A stretch of DNA of 62,314 bases, filler included, from Collodictyon triciliatum (GCA_043381765.1; 7 parts of 7 records of this genome joined end to end with filler, not necessarily neighbours in it), one strand, 5' to 3'. Numbered from the whole stretch's first letter, positions 12,218 to 26,995 are shown. The notes: generated by a model not told the origin, from the sequence alone. Numbers and translations: made by a program.

Positions 12218-13685
12218 ATGCATTCTACCGCGGCCCACCGCCGGCTGCCCGCCCTCACGCGCCAGCGCCATCCCACAAAACCCGCTGCATCACCCACGCT
12301 GCACAGCCAAACACTCGTCGCACCAGACTTTGACGCAGCACAGCGACTCTCCATTTTGCGGCCCACACCCTCCGAGTTCCGTGCTTCAGGCCCACCAAAC
12401 AAACCCGGCCGCCTGAGAACAAACCCCACACATCCACCAAACTCAGCAAGTCCCACAAAGCCTGCAAATCCACCCAATCCCACAAAGCCTGCGAATCCAT
12501 CTAATCCCACAAAGCCTACGAATCCATCCCGCCTTCCGGCCTCGTCAGCTCGCTCGCAGAGGCTGCCAGCGGCAAACCCTGCATCGCATCGCATCAGCAT
12601 CCCAAACACACCAAAATCTGCACGACACAACCGCATTCTGGCCAACGTTTACGGCGTCTCTTTGGACGAGCCAAAGCCCGCCCGCTCGCAGCTCAGCTCA
12701 CGCACAAACTCGGCCCGCATTACCACAAGGATGGGCCTGAGTTCGCGGACCGCGGTACATCCGTCCGACCATGCGGACAGACGGTGCGTCCAGAAAACAT
12801 CGGAAGGGTCGTTGGCATCCGGGCGAATGCAGACGCGGCGCGATTTGCCTGCGCTTCCTTCGATGTCGTCGCGAGTCGCCCCAAAGTCCCAGCGGGATGG
12901 GCTGGTGCGGCCTGCTCTACTTGCTACCCAAACACGCGGGAGAAAGCTGGATCCGATACGGTCCCCGCCCCGTGCAAAGTACGTCTCTGATTTCATCTCC
13001 GCCAGGCGCAACTACGAGCATCAGCAGCATCGGGCCAGAGAAGGCGCTGCTTCGCTGCCGCAGTTGCAAGCTCGTGAAGAGAGGCACACACAGAAGGAAC
13101 TGCCGGGTCAGACAGCAGACAAGAACGAAGATGGTAGAGCAGGTCTGTTGCTGAGTCAAGCATCCAACTCGCTCGCTACAGGGAATGGCCCCTTGGTGTG
13201 TGTCGACATGGAGCGCACTGGAGAGCAGCAGATGGCAAAAACAACAGAAAGTATGAACTACTGCTCGCTTGTTGAATCGGTGGCGAATGACACAGATACA
13301 GAGAATGATGACACGGATGCGTTTGATGATGGAAATGATTCACAAAGTAAATATACCCATAATTGCTGTATACCTGTGTTTACGATGCTATTGGATGCCA
13401 TTCTTTATGTCTATAGTGTACATTTTTCTTGATATGTGAATTTATTAGTTCTATCGATCATTTCTCCATCCATGAATTGTTTAACCATATGTATCGTACA
13501 AACTTGCGTACTATTATATAGTTGGATCACAGAAAATGAAAGAGCACTCCTGGTGGCGTGATTTTATTTACCAAGCTCAGTGTGAACGTGGTATTTTTTT
13601 TCTTATGTTCACTATGCATGTTTAGCATTATGAATTGATACCACTTTATTACCTTAGTACTTTATAATTTTATTTTTATTTATTT

Positions 13686-13749
<64 letters not shown>

Positions 13750-16700
13750 TTTGTTCTTCCTTTCAATTTGTGTAAGATGATGGGGGTTGGTAGTACTTTT
13801 AATGCTTGTGACAAACAAAGAAGCAAAATATGTATATAAATGAAACCGAAAATGAAAGTGAAGAGAGAAAAAATAAGGGAAAATGCAACCACATTAAAAA
13901 ATAATAATTTGAACTATAGGCCGAGCCCTCATGGAAACATACTGTGGTACTTCAAATAGTAGCCTCCTCAATGCCTTAACCAGAAAAAATCGCTCGAGAA
14001 TGAGAAAGAATCCACAGGTTCACTTTTTTCTTATCCTTTTAAATCGGGGGAGTTGAGAAAATTTTAGTGCCAAAAAAAATGTTCGTTGGAACATGTGCGT
14101 AATTCGAAATGTTTTTGTTCGCGACATTGTATGTAAACAGCTCGTATTTCTTCTTTCTTTTCTCTTTAGTGTTCATGAGTTTCTTCGGTTTTTAATCGGT
14201 GATAATATCCATTCAATATCTAGGAAGAGAAAACAAAAGTGAACTATCGGCAAAGATATATTCGGTTTTTGGAAACAATCGCACACGAGTTCAAGAATCG
14301 TGAAGTTAATGTGGAGAAAGAGTCACAAAGTCTTACTGTAGAGAAAAAGAAGCTCAGAGAAAAGGTGAACAATCATCTCGAACGAAAGACTGCTTCACTT
14401 ATGATTCCTTTTTCGTTTACTATCCCTTCTCAGCATGCAAATGTTCAAAACAAAATATAACAGTCCATTCCGAACACTGTCAATTTTTTCTCACATCTCG
14501 CTAAAATCTACTAATTCGAAAACGTTCATACATATATTCCTCACTTTTGGGTAATTACAAAGTTCACTTATCATGATTTCCATCAGATGGGATTAGACAA
14601 AGTATCGAGTCGGTTTCAAAATATTCCGAAGGCACCGCCCAGAGAAGCTCTTGTCAGTGAAGAATTACAACAAAAATTGACGAATGAGGAGAGAGCTCGA
14701 ATTAATTATAGAATCATTCTGAGGCAGCAGAAGTATTTTTTTTTATCTTATAAAGTTTATGTGTACCAAGTAGAGGCAATCCTTTTAATTATATAAAATG
14801 TCTATAGCAAAAAATAAAAAAAATAATCGCCACATAAAGTCTTTTTTCTTTCTATATCTCTTGCACATAACTGAATAATTCACCCTAGGTATATGCTTGG
14901 AGTTTACCAAAATGGCTTGACAGCAAACGAAAAGTCAGAGTCTCCTTCCCCAACGAAAGAGTTTGTTGATGATACAGACCTTGTAAAATTTACGGCTCAG
15001 ATGTCGAATTTAGAGCCATTTGCCCCTGGTATGAAACCGAATAGTAGCAATAACTATAACAATAATAATCTTATATGAATCATCATACAGTACATGCATG
15101 TGATACCTCCTTCATGACATTTTTAGGGTCACATTCCACTTCTTTTTTTTTTAAAAAAAAAAACTTCCTAATTTTAAATGAGCCAATTTTAGATGAAAAT
15201 ATGCAGACTCAAAGACCGACAACTTCACTTCTTTCAGAAGACATGGTGTACTGGCGAAATCGGCATCAACTTGGTGATAACCTGAAAGTATTTTGACCGA
15301 TTCATTTTCGAGGCTTCTCAAATAACCTTTATAAGCAACACACTCTCATATTATTAAAAAAAGAAAAATCATTTTCGCCTTGATATTTTATTATGCAATT
15401 TAGTTCTCATTTATACTTGAGCAAAACTTAAAATATATGAGTAATAATAATAATAATAATATCCAAATAGATTTTTATCATATGTGGTACTTATGAAGAC
15501 ATTAGGAATGAGCTTCTTCGACGAGGGTGAAAATTATTTTAGTATTTCTTATATTTGCGTCTTTATTGATTTACTTTTTGATTTTTAATTTTTTAATTTT
15601 TTAATACCCCAATTCATGTTTTGAACATTCAACTTTGTTCTATTTACCTTTATCTTTCCCTTATTTCTTATTATTATTCACTTTTTTGTTGTTATTTACT
15701 CTACTTACCTGTATTCCACTCTTCTCTTTCATCGTTCTTGGAAAATACCTATTTTTTCTGTAATAATGATTTTCTCTCCAGATGGGTTGAAAATCCTGAC
15801 AACACCAGCTTTGTTTTTGACTTCAAATGGACAACCTACGCAAGTGATATTAACTTTCGAACGCTGTCGCGCCGTCAGATGGTTAATCACTTTGAGAACG
15901 TGGATATCTTGACAACCAAAGTATGTCTTCATATTTTTTTGAAAGCAATATGTGAATACTAGCACTTTGAAAAAAATATGAAACCTGTGTGTGTGGGGGG
16001 GAGGGGGTTTAAGTATTTGTATGAAAAATATGAAGCTCATTCCTTTCTATTTCTTTCTCTCCCCTGACACACAGCTGGGGCTATGTAAATCGTTGAGGCA
16101 AGTTAGTTGGTTAGAAAGTGAAGACTTTAATTCTTTTTATCCACGCTGCTACGACTTGAGTGATTCTGGCGATTTGAAAGAATTTATCAGTTTGTATAAA
16201 ATTGGAAAATCGTATATTTAAGATTACATATCTAAATATTCCTTCATTAATCCACGTTGGGAAAACATGCATGAGTAATATCATTTTGTTAATTGAAAAA
16301 ATTACCATTTCCTTTCTCCTATTCCCCTTCTTGTTTTGACAGACGATTACAGAACTACAATCGCATCTAATTTAATCAAGCTCTTTGTAAAATCGCGAGG
16401 AGATATCGACTGTGTTATTAAATTCGATCGGAGCATATCTGAAAGCCACAGTGAGTTATTTGTATGTTCCATAGGTCAAAGTGTAATAACTTAGCCTAGC
16501 TTTGCACTCGAAACAAAGACAAAGCCAAGAAGAATTCCTTTAACATAAATATGCCCTTTCCGCTTCCACAAAGTACAAAGTGAATTGAGAAAATAAAAAA
16601 ATGCTTCAAATTTTCTCTCAGTTTTGATATCCTCTAAACCATTACCCATGAAATATCGTTCTACAGTGAAGTCAACTCGAGGTCTAAAGATGAAGCGATA

Positions 16701-19129
16701 TCTCATTTCTCTTGCCTGCCGTGGGTGCGAATATGAAGTCGAGCGGAAAAGTGCGGACGAGTTATTTCCAGAGGTTTTTATTATTATTATTATTATGATT
16801 ATTATTAGTATTAGTATTATTATTATTTTATTATTATTATTATTTTATTATTATTATTATCATTATTATTATTGATATCCAAAAACAAGATTTTTCTATT
16901 ATTTTTGCACTGCCAATATCTACACTTGTTTTATATGGGCGTATCAGATATTGACTTTTAAATAGATTCCATTTTTACGTAATGTAATTCTTATGTACTT
17001 TCTTTTAAATATTTTCAATTCTGTTTGAATATTCTGTACTTGAAGATTTATAGTATGAACTGCTCAATGGAGGTGCTTTTCTTTTTATTTTTGTTATTAT
17101 TATTCGAAAATAATCGTTAGGATTTCGAATTTGATCTTGGGAAAGGGAACATATTGCCGTTGTCTGAAAAGGAATGGGACTCCCTCGTGTGTCTGTCATT
17201 GAAAGGATGGATAATAACAAATGAATTGTTTCAATCATTAACTGTCGACCAAGAAGTAGTGCGTACTCCATCTCGACGAGGTAGAACAACGTCTCGTCCA
17301 AACACGTCGCGTGATGACTTTGAGGATTCCATCACCAGTGAACGTGAGCTTTACGTCAGGAGTCTTGAGTTGTATGAAATACTTTCATGTCAGAAGCAGT
17401 TTGAAATGGATGGAACTCATGGAATCTGGGTTGTGAAACCTTCAGGGTCGTCCAAGGGATTTGGTGAAAAAAAAATTATTTTATTATTATTGTTATGAAT
17501 GGAAATTCAACACTATGTGACTTACTTTTTTCTTCCACTAAGATTCTTATATAATATGAGTCTAATCCAATTTTACATTCATGGTATTTTACTTTACCTC
17601 AACGTAGGTGTTCGATGTGCCACAGATCTGAAGACGATTTTAGTGGGGCGGAATGAAAATGCGCGTGTTGTGCAAAAATATATCGAGAATCCATGTCTTA
17701 TCCGTGGGCGAAAGTTCGATATTCGACAGTGGGTTTTGGTGACATCGTGGGATCCGCTTGTAGTGTGGTTTTACGAGGATGCCGTTCTTCGCTTTGCAAG
17801 CGAGTTATTTTCCTTCGACGAACCAGACAACAAGTATGGACAAAAAGTTTCTTTGAACGATTCCAATTATGTCCTCAAAGTACATTAAAGAAATGACTAT
17901 ACACCGTCGCAAATATAAAAAAAACTGATTTTTCTTCCCCCTCATTTGCCAAAGGTTCGTACATCTGTGCAATTATACAATACAAAAGCAGAGCGAGAAA
18001 GTTGGACCGCATGGCGATATCGAATTATCATGGACAACAGACGAATACAAAGCTTATCTTCGGTATGCCTTGACTTAGACACAACATCTCTCCTTTTTTT
18101 TTTTTATCAAGAAATTGTATTTAGGAGAATAATGCTACCCTCAATTTTTTTTTTGTTTGAAAGTCAATAGTTAGGAAAACATCAATAGTACTCATACCAC
18201 TATTTTATCTCCAGTGAGACGAAAGGAGATGACTCTGTATGGGAAACTTTCACCAAGCCAGCCATGAAGGAGATCGTCACACTTGCATTCCGCTCATGCC
18301 AGCCTTTCATCCGTGCACGACAGGCAATTATTACATCAATATCCGTACCTCTTTCGACATATGCACACATAAATCATCAATCAAAATATTAAATTAATTT
18401 TTTAAAATAAATAAATTGAATCACAAAAAATCACAACTACAGGGTTCATGTGAGCTGTATGGTGTGGACTTTATAGTGGACGAGAGTGGAAGGCCATGGA
18501 TTATCGAGGTGAACTCGTCGCCTGGTTTGCGTGCTTCCCCCACGTTGGCAGGTTCCATGTTGAGAGATCTGGTCAAAGGCAAGTAACTCTTTTTCATAAA
18601 ATTCACCTGTAATTTCAATCCCCTTTCAATCCCACAAAACTAACCCATTGTCCTTTTGCAGTCGTGGTTGACATGAATCCAGCCGGACTCGCAGATGGGC
18701 TGCCCAAGCCAGTTGTATCGGCACCACAGACAAAGAGTGCCATGTCCCTCAGTCAGAGCGGAGGTAATACCGAATTACAATCGACTGTGGAAAGTATCCC
18801 TGTATCGCCCATGCAAGACATTGAGAATGGGCGCAGTCCGGACTCTGGGCGATGGTCCATGATATTCAAAGAGGAGGTATTGCTTCGCTTTGTTTTGACT
18901 GTATTTGACTTCATTTCACTTGATGTGACGTGATGTAATGCGATGTGACGGGATTACACTTTATCTGAGTTGCCTCAATTATGCAGAGACACGAGGTTTC
19001 CAGCATGGCCGATGCAGTGGGGATAATGATAAGCGGCCACAGAATAACGATCGAGAAGCCCCGGGTAGCATCACACTCACCCGCTCGTACGGACTCGTCT
19101 CCACAAAAGAGAAATCCGACATCGGTTGT
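12218..19129 (+). CDS. Tubulin-tyrosine ligase-like protein, TTLL3/TTLL8 (glycylase)-type, with long low-complexity N-terminus (3' end missing)
   Basis: QMVNHFENVDILTTK/LGLCKSLRQVSWLESEDFNSFYPRCYDL, WVVKPSGSSKGFG, VVQKYIENPCLIRGRKFDIRQWVLVT, VHLCNYTIQK, ELYGVDFIVDESGRPWIIEVNSSPG. Confidence 0.88.
12451..12529 (+). repeat. 27-bp coding tandem repeat x3 (PTKPANP.N)
   Basis: tcccacaaagcctgc(a/g)aatcca(c/t)c(c/t)aa-like unit repeated three times in the first TTLL exon. Confidence 0.85.
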
Positions 19130-19244
19130 GTGAGTAGAGGGGTAAAGATGAGTGAAATCAAAAAAAAAAAAAAAAAAAAAAAAAAAGGGGAGGGAGAAAG
19201 GGGGGGGAAAAGAAGGGGAAAGAAAAAAAGGTGAGAATGAGGGG

Positions 19245-19344
19245 NNNNNNNNNNNNNNNNNNNNNNNNNNNNNNNNNNNNNNNNNNNNTTAATTAATTAA
19301 NNNNNNNNNNNNNNNNNNNNNNNNNNNNNNNNNNNNNNNNNNNN
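19245..19344. other. Artificial scaffold linker
   Basis: N-TTAATTAATTAA-N, 100 bp. Confidence 0.98.
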
Positions 19345-19345
19345 C

Positions 19346-19443
<98 letters not shown>

Positions 19444-19555
19444 GAATAAGAATAAGAATAAGAATAAGAATAAGAATAAGAATAAACAAAAAAAAGATAC
19501 CATATTTTCAGGTATGTTTAAGAGAACCCCTCATATGAGACAAACAACTAGAAAC

Positions 19556-19789
19556 TCACGCTTCACGGAATCCCTGTTGTGAAGGGTCTGTTGTGTTCCA
19601 ATAGACGTAATAGAACGGATCGCTCTGCTTGTAGGAAATACCCGCAATCAAAAGCCACACAAGCAACGAAGCCAACGCCGAGAAACAAAGAACAATGCAA
19701 AACAGTGTTGCTCGTGGGTTTTGGTAAAAGAGGACGTATCGGAAATGGCGACAACCAGGCGCGTTGAAACAGCTCTGCAGAAGGCCCAT
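19556..19789 (-). CDS. Probable first exon of a single-pass membrane protein of unknown family
   Basis: ORF with a hydrophobic segment (TLFCIVLCFSALASLLVWLLIAGI) and an N-glycosylation sequon NTT, ending at a GTGAGT donor; the remainder runs off the scaffold. Confidence 0.4.
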   Translation of the reverse strand: MGLLQSCFNAPGCRHFRYVLFYQNPRATLFCIVLCFSALASLLVWLLIAGISYKQSDPFYYVYWNTTDPSQQGFREA

Positions 19790-20896
19790 CAGTCGTGCCC
19801 TTGCGTTTCTTTGTCTATGCTTAACTTCTTACTTCCTCGAGATGTTGCTATTGCGGCTATGGCTCTGGTTAGCGGTTCTGTGCGAACGTTTTATTTTGCT
19901 TTTTTGCTTTTTTGCTTTTTTGCTTTTTTGCTTTTTTGCTTTTTGTTTTTTGCTTTTTGCTTTTTGCTTTTTGCTTTTTGCTTTTTGCTTTTTGCTTTTA
20001 GGTACGAGTTTTCAGTCTTTACAAGGGGTGTGCGAGTTAAAAGTGGGTGGGTCGTAGCTGCTTGTATGCCTCTCACGTATCAGAACATCAATTTGAATAA
20101 TTCATGTCACCCACATAATTCATACCGCGACACATTCATTTATTTACGGTGTTGGCTGTAAAAGATACGTCTTTCTGCCAGACTGATGAGGACGATAATT
20201 ATTTTATTATATTTTCCAGTATTGTTGAATATTGATTGATTGCCAATCCAATCTTTTCTTGGAATTATCGTGCGGTCAATTGTTTCGTTTTTTGTCTTTG
20301 AAACAAACTTTCGCCAGGCAGTCTTCGGAGCAGATTGTGGAGGCTTTCCGGGCGTGTCAATCGATCGTGCGATGAGTATTGACTCGAAGTGATTTTTGGG
20401 TCTATGTTCCCTGGAGAAGAAAAAAGAAAGAAGGAAAGAAAAAACAGGCGCAAAGTGGCTTTTATTTTCTCAGATACTCTGCGAAAAGTATATCAAGGGA
20501 TTTTTGATCAACTCTTTTTTTTCACAAACGCCTCTGACCAACATGAACACATTTTTTTTTATTTATTTATTCAAAAATAGTCCCTTTTTTTAACTTTATT
20601 CTCAATTCTAAATATCACATACTGCAAGACAAAAATTAAGTCACCGTGACCAGTTCCCTTTTTTCTCTTACTTGAAAGTTTGTGACTTAAACGCTAAAAA
20701 AAAAATAAAATGTGGGCGTCTAAAGTCGAAAGCCGCTATGTAATAATGAGATTGAAAATTACCTGTACCAACTTTCTCAACGATTATAGTTGAATTATGT
20801 GGACCCAAAAAAATCCCTCCAAAATAAGTTGTGCTCTGCTTTTGTAGGTTATCTACATATCTGCGGGCTCGGCCTTATTCCTACCACCCAGTCAGT

Positions 20897-21804
20897 ATGG
20901 TAAGTTACTTGTTTATCGATCCCTCAGGATAATAGCGCTTATATATAGAGATGTCCCATTATTTCATATTTAATCCTTTCATAATCTTGATACAAGTCAC
21001 AAGAGAAACGAATATAATATTGCTATTCCCTATATCGAACGAAGTGTTTAGAGTGAATATGGGCTCAGATTATCGCTTTGCTTATATGTTGGTCCATCCA
21101 CCAACAAAATTCCATCATGCTCTCCAGATTCGCTTCTTTCTAGTCCAAAATCGCCAAGGTAAGACCCGCCTTTCCAAATGGTATGTGCCCTACGAAGATG
21201 ATGAAAAGCGTCAGTTGGAGACTGAAGTCCATCGGCTGGTTGTGAAGCGTGATCGCAAATTCACAAACTTTGTGGAGGTAGGTTGAGATAGAGATACATC
21301 TTTGTATCTTATTTTACTTTATTCTTTCAGTAGTAGTGTATTGCTCGCTTAGAGAATAACCCTGGTTTCCCCTATGCAGTTTAACTTCTTATAACCTGCC
21401 ATCCTGCCTATTTTCATTTCTCAATCAACTAATAGCATCGTAACTACAAAGTCATCTATCGTCGCTACGCTGGTCTCTATTTTTCCATTTGTGTGGATCC
21501 TTCCGACAATGAGCTAGCGTACCTCGAACTGATCCATCTTTTTGTCGAAATCCTCGACCAGTTCTTTGGAAACGTCTGCGAGCTCGACCTCGTCTACAAC
21601 TTCTACAAGGTTGTTATTTTAAACTTTACCGACCCCAATGCTTAAATATAGCTGCTTCCTTCTGTATGCTCCACGATGTGAATTGAACATTCCTCCGCCC
21701 AGGTCTACTACGTTCTGGATGAAGTTGTCCTTGCTGGAGAAATCCAAGATACCAACCGCCAAGCTATCATCGGCCGCATGGAAGAACTCGAGCGTCTGGA
21801 ATAA
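20897..21804 (+). CDS. AP2S1: AP-2 complex subunit sigma
   Basis: ATG-only first exon, then [19 protein letters not shown]...[28 protein letters not shown]...[30 protein letters not shown]...LERLE stop. Confidence 0.93.
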
Positions 21805-22166
21805 CAGCCCCATCTCTTCAGCTGCGCCACTTTCCCTTTGTTCTTTGAGGGACCGGACACAGGCACAAGCAGAGAATAAATCCAATTTAAATATTTTCCA
21901 GATCTGTATTTGCTCGTCTGGCTTCGTTTTCCTTCGTGTTGCAGCCCTTTGGACGCGGCGGCAAGTGATTCGTGACTCGGACAGCCGATAACCCTCTTTT
22001 TCTGCTCTCTTTTATTTATTTTTTTTAATTGCTTTGAACTCCACGCACCAATCTTTTGGACAGGAAGAGAGTCTCATGAGAAAAGACAAAGATATGCGCA
22101 TAGAAAATAAAAAAACAGAAAAAAAAAGGCCTGGGTAAGTTTCTTTTCTCATACAGTAATCGTAGG

Positions 22167-25019
22167 ATGGACGACGACGAGTATGACATATACAGCGACA
22201 TTAAAGGGACCGATCCAACTTACGTCGCGCCGCAGCCCGCAGACAATGCAAGCCTTAGTCAAACTCCGTCTCTTGCCAATCCTCACCCTTCTTTTCAGTC
22301 CTACGGTCCAAGCTCGTCACTCCCACAAACGCAAACGCAAACCCAGTCTCAGTCCCAGCAAAACAGCTCGACCAGCCAAAAGACAAGTCTGTCTACAAAT
22401 ACTTTGCTACAACAGACTCAACGCAACAATACTTTGAAACCTAGCCTTGATGATGCGGCTCTGCTGTCTTCAGATAAACAGCGCATCCAAGGCACAAACA
22501 AAGCAGCCACTCCAAAAGTGGGTCAGGCCGAAACTCAGGATCATGACCAAAGTCCAAAGCTACCACAGCCATCACAAGACAAGCAGCTTCCTGAAAGCCA
22601 AAGTCTGAATGCGAACCCTGTGGAACTATTGCCCCAGAGCCAAGATCCCAACCAACCTTCTGTTGATGAAGCTTCAAAGATAATTTGCATATCGGGATTA
22701 ACTTGGGTTGGTCAAAACACATCCCTTTGTTTGCCTTCGGATAACTTATACACTTCATTTTTTTCATGCGCCTTATGCTCTAACAACTCTAAGATTCATA
22801 TATATTATACATGATATGTTATTTATTCACTCTTAAGTTTTTTTTCCTTATTCGACTCAAAGTGCCATAGGATTAACCATACTCACCCACAAGAGTATTT
22901 TAGTTTCGTATCTCAATTTTATTTACATTACAAATTAATAACTATTTAATAAAAAAAAACCTAGTACACCACAGATAAAGATATTAAAATCTTGCTAGAA
23001 CCTTACGGAAGAGTCAAAGATTTGAATTTTTCTTTTGAAAAGATTAGTGGGAGATCTTATGGGTGCTTTTCATCTAATATTTCTTTTTTTTTAAAAAAAA
23101 AAAAAAACACCCTCGTGATAATTTTTATCTCATTTGTTCTTTCATAAAATTATTTTCTGTGATTCAATAAATTACAACTAATGTTTCGTGATTTTATACC
23201 TTTCTTTCATCATAGCCGATTATTGTACTGGTAAATTTCAACAACTAAAACAAAGGAAACTATACAGAACCGTTTACGTTGATCTTGATTCCACAAGAAC
23301 TCTATCGAGTATAGTTGAAGTGCTTCATGAAAGGTAAAAGCAATCTCAGTGTCCCCCTTTAGCACCAAATCGTTACTTTCAAAACACTTTTCTGTTGAAA
23401 AATCCTAAATAACACCAAAAAAAAAAAACTGAAATTATCATTTGTAAAATACAATAGCAAGCTACATGAGAATTTAATTCAAGTGAAGATAGCCAATCCA
23501 CAAAAGCCTTCACAAGCTCATAAATATAATCATACTTTAACGGGACCACATCCAAAACGACCTACTGGAAAGAAAACAGAATATCAACAGCATAATTCAT
23601 CGACTGGGTCTCACCAACAACAGAATTCTTTACCACCAACAAATACCTTTCAGCCAAGTCATCCAAATTCGAAGCAAGTTATATACAAATCTGTCTTTTA
23701 TTTTTTCCTTTATTCGATTCAAATCAAATCTGTCTTTTATAGTTTTCCTTTATTCGATTTAAAAAATATGTCTTTTATATTGATATTATTTAAGCCATAA
23801 TTTACTTGTTTTGATTTCCCTCTATCCAAATATCAAAAAAAAAATGATGTTTTGGTTATAGTTCAACCAGATATTTGGTATGGATAATAGGAAGAGAAAA
23901 ATTAAAAAAAAAGACTCATATGACCACAGACCACCTCCTATACTGGGATCTTCTGTTCCAAATGGTATGATGAGCAATCCATTTGCTCCTATTCCTAGTT
24001 ACGTCCCCCAAGTGGTTTCATCGGTTTACGGGACTCCGTTCATTTCTATGCACCCTCAAGTGTTTGGTAACATTTTGCTACTGACAGACAAAATTATCAT
24101 TATATAGGATGACATGGTAATCTAATGGTCTGACTGCTTTAATCGCTTGATGCTCTCTTTTTCTCATATCTAATCTACCAACTTGTCTAATAGCACCTAT
24201 TGGAATGCCAGGACCTTATATGTACGCGAACATGGAAGGTATACTTAAAAAAAGTCTTAAGATCTAAAATGGTTATTACGCAAACTGATCGAGTTTCTTT
24301 CAAAATTGTGGGAAGGAGGCGTTATTTCATGAATCACATATATATAAAGAATGATATCTGTTTTCGATATTGTTAGAGCTATTCTTATTAGGTATTCATC
24401 CTGGAATGATGCCAGAAATGATGTCTATGGAAAAAAGGAGAAATGACCATGGAGGAGACTATAGAGATGAATGGCCGAGCAATATGCCTAATTTTGACCC
24501 TAGGCAATCAAATCGAAATCGTAGTCCGTCCCGAGAGCAGAGAATAGATCCCTCCAGCCCACCGAGAAAGAGGTCATTCCAATCATAAATTTTATGTCAA
24601 TATTTCAAAATGTAAATACCCAGAGCCTACCAAGATTACTAAATGTGCAATTTACTTTTTTCATTCTTTCTTGCCTTATGTTTTTTGTTTTATGAATTCT
24701 TTTATTCTTGTATATTCTTTACACATTCTTTTCTTTTGCTTTTGCTTTTGCTTTTGCTTTTTCATGACCTTATATCCAATTATTTGTCATTATACGTCAT
24801 GTTTTTAACCGAATTTTCAAAGTGATGAACAATTAACCTCAAAATAGGCATGGAAACGCAAACCACCAAATACAGCCTTTTCAACAATCTTCAATACAGA
24901 GGGACCATGAGCACGTTGAACAACGGTATCAAAATACACGACCTCGGGGTAATTCCAACGCAGGACCTCGACAGTTAGGTCCTGGTAATAGTGGTGGATC
25001 TAATCCCAACCGATACTAA
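22167..25019 (+). CDS. CPSF6/CPSF7 (CFIm large subunit)-like RRM protein
   Basis: N-terminal MDDDEYDIYSD; RRM IICISGLTW/YTTDKDIKILLEPYGRVKDLNFSFEKISGRSYG/TVYVDL resembles CFIm68 (LYIGNLTWWTTD...NGQSKG); Pro-rich middle and RSPSRE-containing tail; last exon ends at TAA 25017-19. Confidence 0.65.
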
Positions 25020-26524
25020 CCTTACACATACAACACGGTCACTCATCAAGGTATGTGGAGCCAAATATATTCCGTCATTGTAAATTCCTTTTTTTTATCC
25101 CATTTCGTATACACAAGAGATATAGACACATGATAAAAGGTTTTGAGATGTATAGAATCCATGATTATTTTTCCCATCTAGAATAGACACTATAATACAC
25201 TTTGAATCTAATAAAGGGGGGAAAAGAATAGAAACTATAATTTTAGATGTAAAAAAAAGTGATGCGAAAAAAAAATCTAGGGAATGCTAGCTGTGGATTA
25301 TTCGATATAGGACGAGATTCCTCATATAGTCAAGCTCTGGTTCCATAAGAGCTCATTCGGACAATAATTCATGCATAAATAAATACCTCTCTTTCGTTTT
25401 CTTTCCTGCGCACACAATCCTTGCCCATGTTATTTTGACTCCCACACTATCTTTAATATGCCTACAGTGACCCAAAGACAGGGCTGATATACTATCCTTT
25501 TAACTCCCCCCGTTTGCTCTAATATTTGACAACTTCACCCAACAAAGATGTACTCTACCTTTGCTTTGTATACTTTCGCGAATTCTTTTTGTGCTTCACA
25601 GTTTGAGGAGGAAAAAAATATTGGTAGGCAGATTCTTAAAAATGAGATAGATTGAGATAGAGAAAGAAGGAAAGAAAAATCTCATATAAAGTGAACTGCA
25701 CCTTGATTTACCTAGACCTCAGTGTGACAGTGTAGAGAGAGAAAATGAAAGACGAAGAAATGGTGATAAGTTAATGTCTCACCTGACCGTAAGGAATCAA
25801 AACTACAAGGACAAGTGCGTTGTGTGCTCGCCGACTTTATACTCTGTTGGGACTAGGATTCGGGCATGGCCATACACATTTCGTGCAGGAAGTGACAGTA
25901 AATCGCGTTCTGTAATAAAAATGCGCAACGGTGGCATTGCTTTTTGAATATAACATTGTAAATTCAAATATTTTGCTATTATGACTAATAAATAGGTCTT
26001 AAAAGGGAGCAATCAAGTCATGTTACATATACAATACTATTTATATTATATTTTCCGTAAATAGAAATATTAATTTAGATCTGGATCCAAAAATAACCAA
26101 ATATAGAAAATATCGAGAGCACAAAACACAGTCTAGGGGTTATTTAATATGGCTCCGAGCTTTCATCGGCAGTTAAGGAAGTTCGCGGGGCTCGTTAGAA
26201 TTTTTGAATTGGTTAGCCATGTGATCATAGCAAACAACTACACCGAAGGACAACAGCGACAGCCGCCTGAACAGCGAGTAAGTATGTTATCAACAATCGC
26301 ATGTAGCCCTCGAACATTTCCAATTCCCATGATGTGGCAACAAGACACCAAGGACTATAATACAAAGTAACAGCAAATGACGATATCTTTCCATTGAGAC
26401 ACTTGCAATCACGGTAACTCCCCAGTCATGGTTTTAACCGCGCAAACCCTCCAGCCTCACTGCCGACAGACAGACAGCACACGACAAGAGAAGACAAGAC
26501 AAGACAAGCCCAACCGCAGCAAAG

Positions 26525-26995
26525 ATGACCGGAAAGACCGCGAAAGTCGCCCGCGCAGGAACCATGCAGAACACAGTAGCGGAGGGCGAGGCCTTCCTGA
26601 ACCGCGGCAAAAGCGGGGTGAGCAAGGGCAGCTCGACCAGCCGGTCCAAGAAGGCAGGCCTGACCTTCCCGGTGGGGCGCGTGCACCGCTTCCTGCGCGA
26701 CAGCGGAGTTGCCGAGCGGATCGGAGCCGGAGCGCCGGTCTACCTGGCCGCAGTGCTGGAGTACCTCGCCGCAGAGATCCTGGAGCTTGCCGGCAACGCC
26801 TCGCGCGACAACAAGAAGAACCGCATTGTGCCGCGCCACATCCAGCTGGCCATCCGCAACGACGAGGAGCTCAACAAGCTGCTCTCCGGCGTGACCATCG
26901 CCAGCGGCGGCGTCCTGCCCAACATCCACGCCGTGCTGCTGCCCGCAAAGACAAAGAAGGACGGCAAGGACGCAGACGCCTCCCAGGAGCACTAA
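26525..26995 (+). CDS. H2A: Histone H2A, H2A.X-like (C-terminal SQEH), intronless
   Basis: [87 protein letters not shown]. Confidence 0.97.
   Translation: MTGKTAKVARAGTMQNTVAEGEAFLNRGKSGVSKGSSTSRSKKAGLTFPVGRVHRFLRDSGVAERIGAGAPVYLAAVLEYLAAEILELAGNASRDNKKNRIVPRHIQLAIRNDEELNKLLSGVTIASGGVLPNIHAVLLPAKTKKDGKDADASQEH

Noticed and set aside
20897-20899. ATG-only first coding exon of AP-2 sigma
   Set aside because: An intron directly after the start codon is a known, common arrangement and not novel.
23685-23780. About 40-bp imperfect tandem duplication (also a 17-bp direct repeat at about 8217-8270)
   Set aside because: Two or three copies without unique spacers, intronic; simple slippage duplications, not CRISPR-like.
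25280-26400. Moderately complex sequence with short ORFs between the CPSF6-like gene and H2A
   Set aside because: No recognisable protein motif, tRNA or snRNA signature, or consistent exon chain could be supported.
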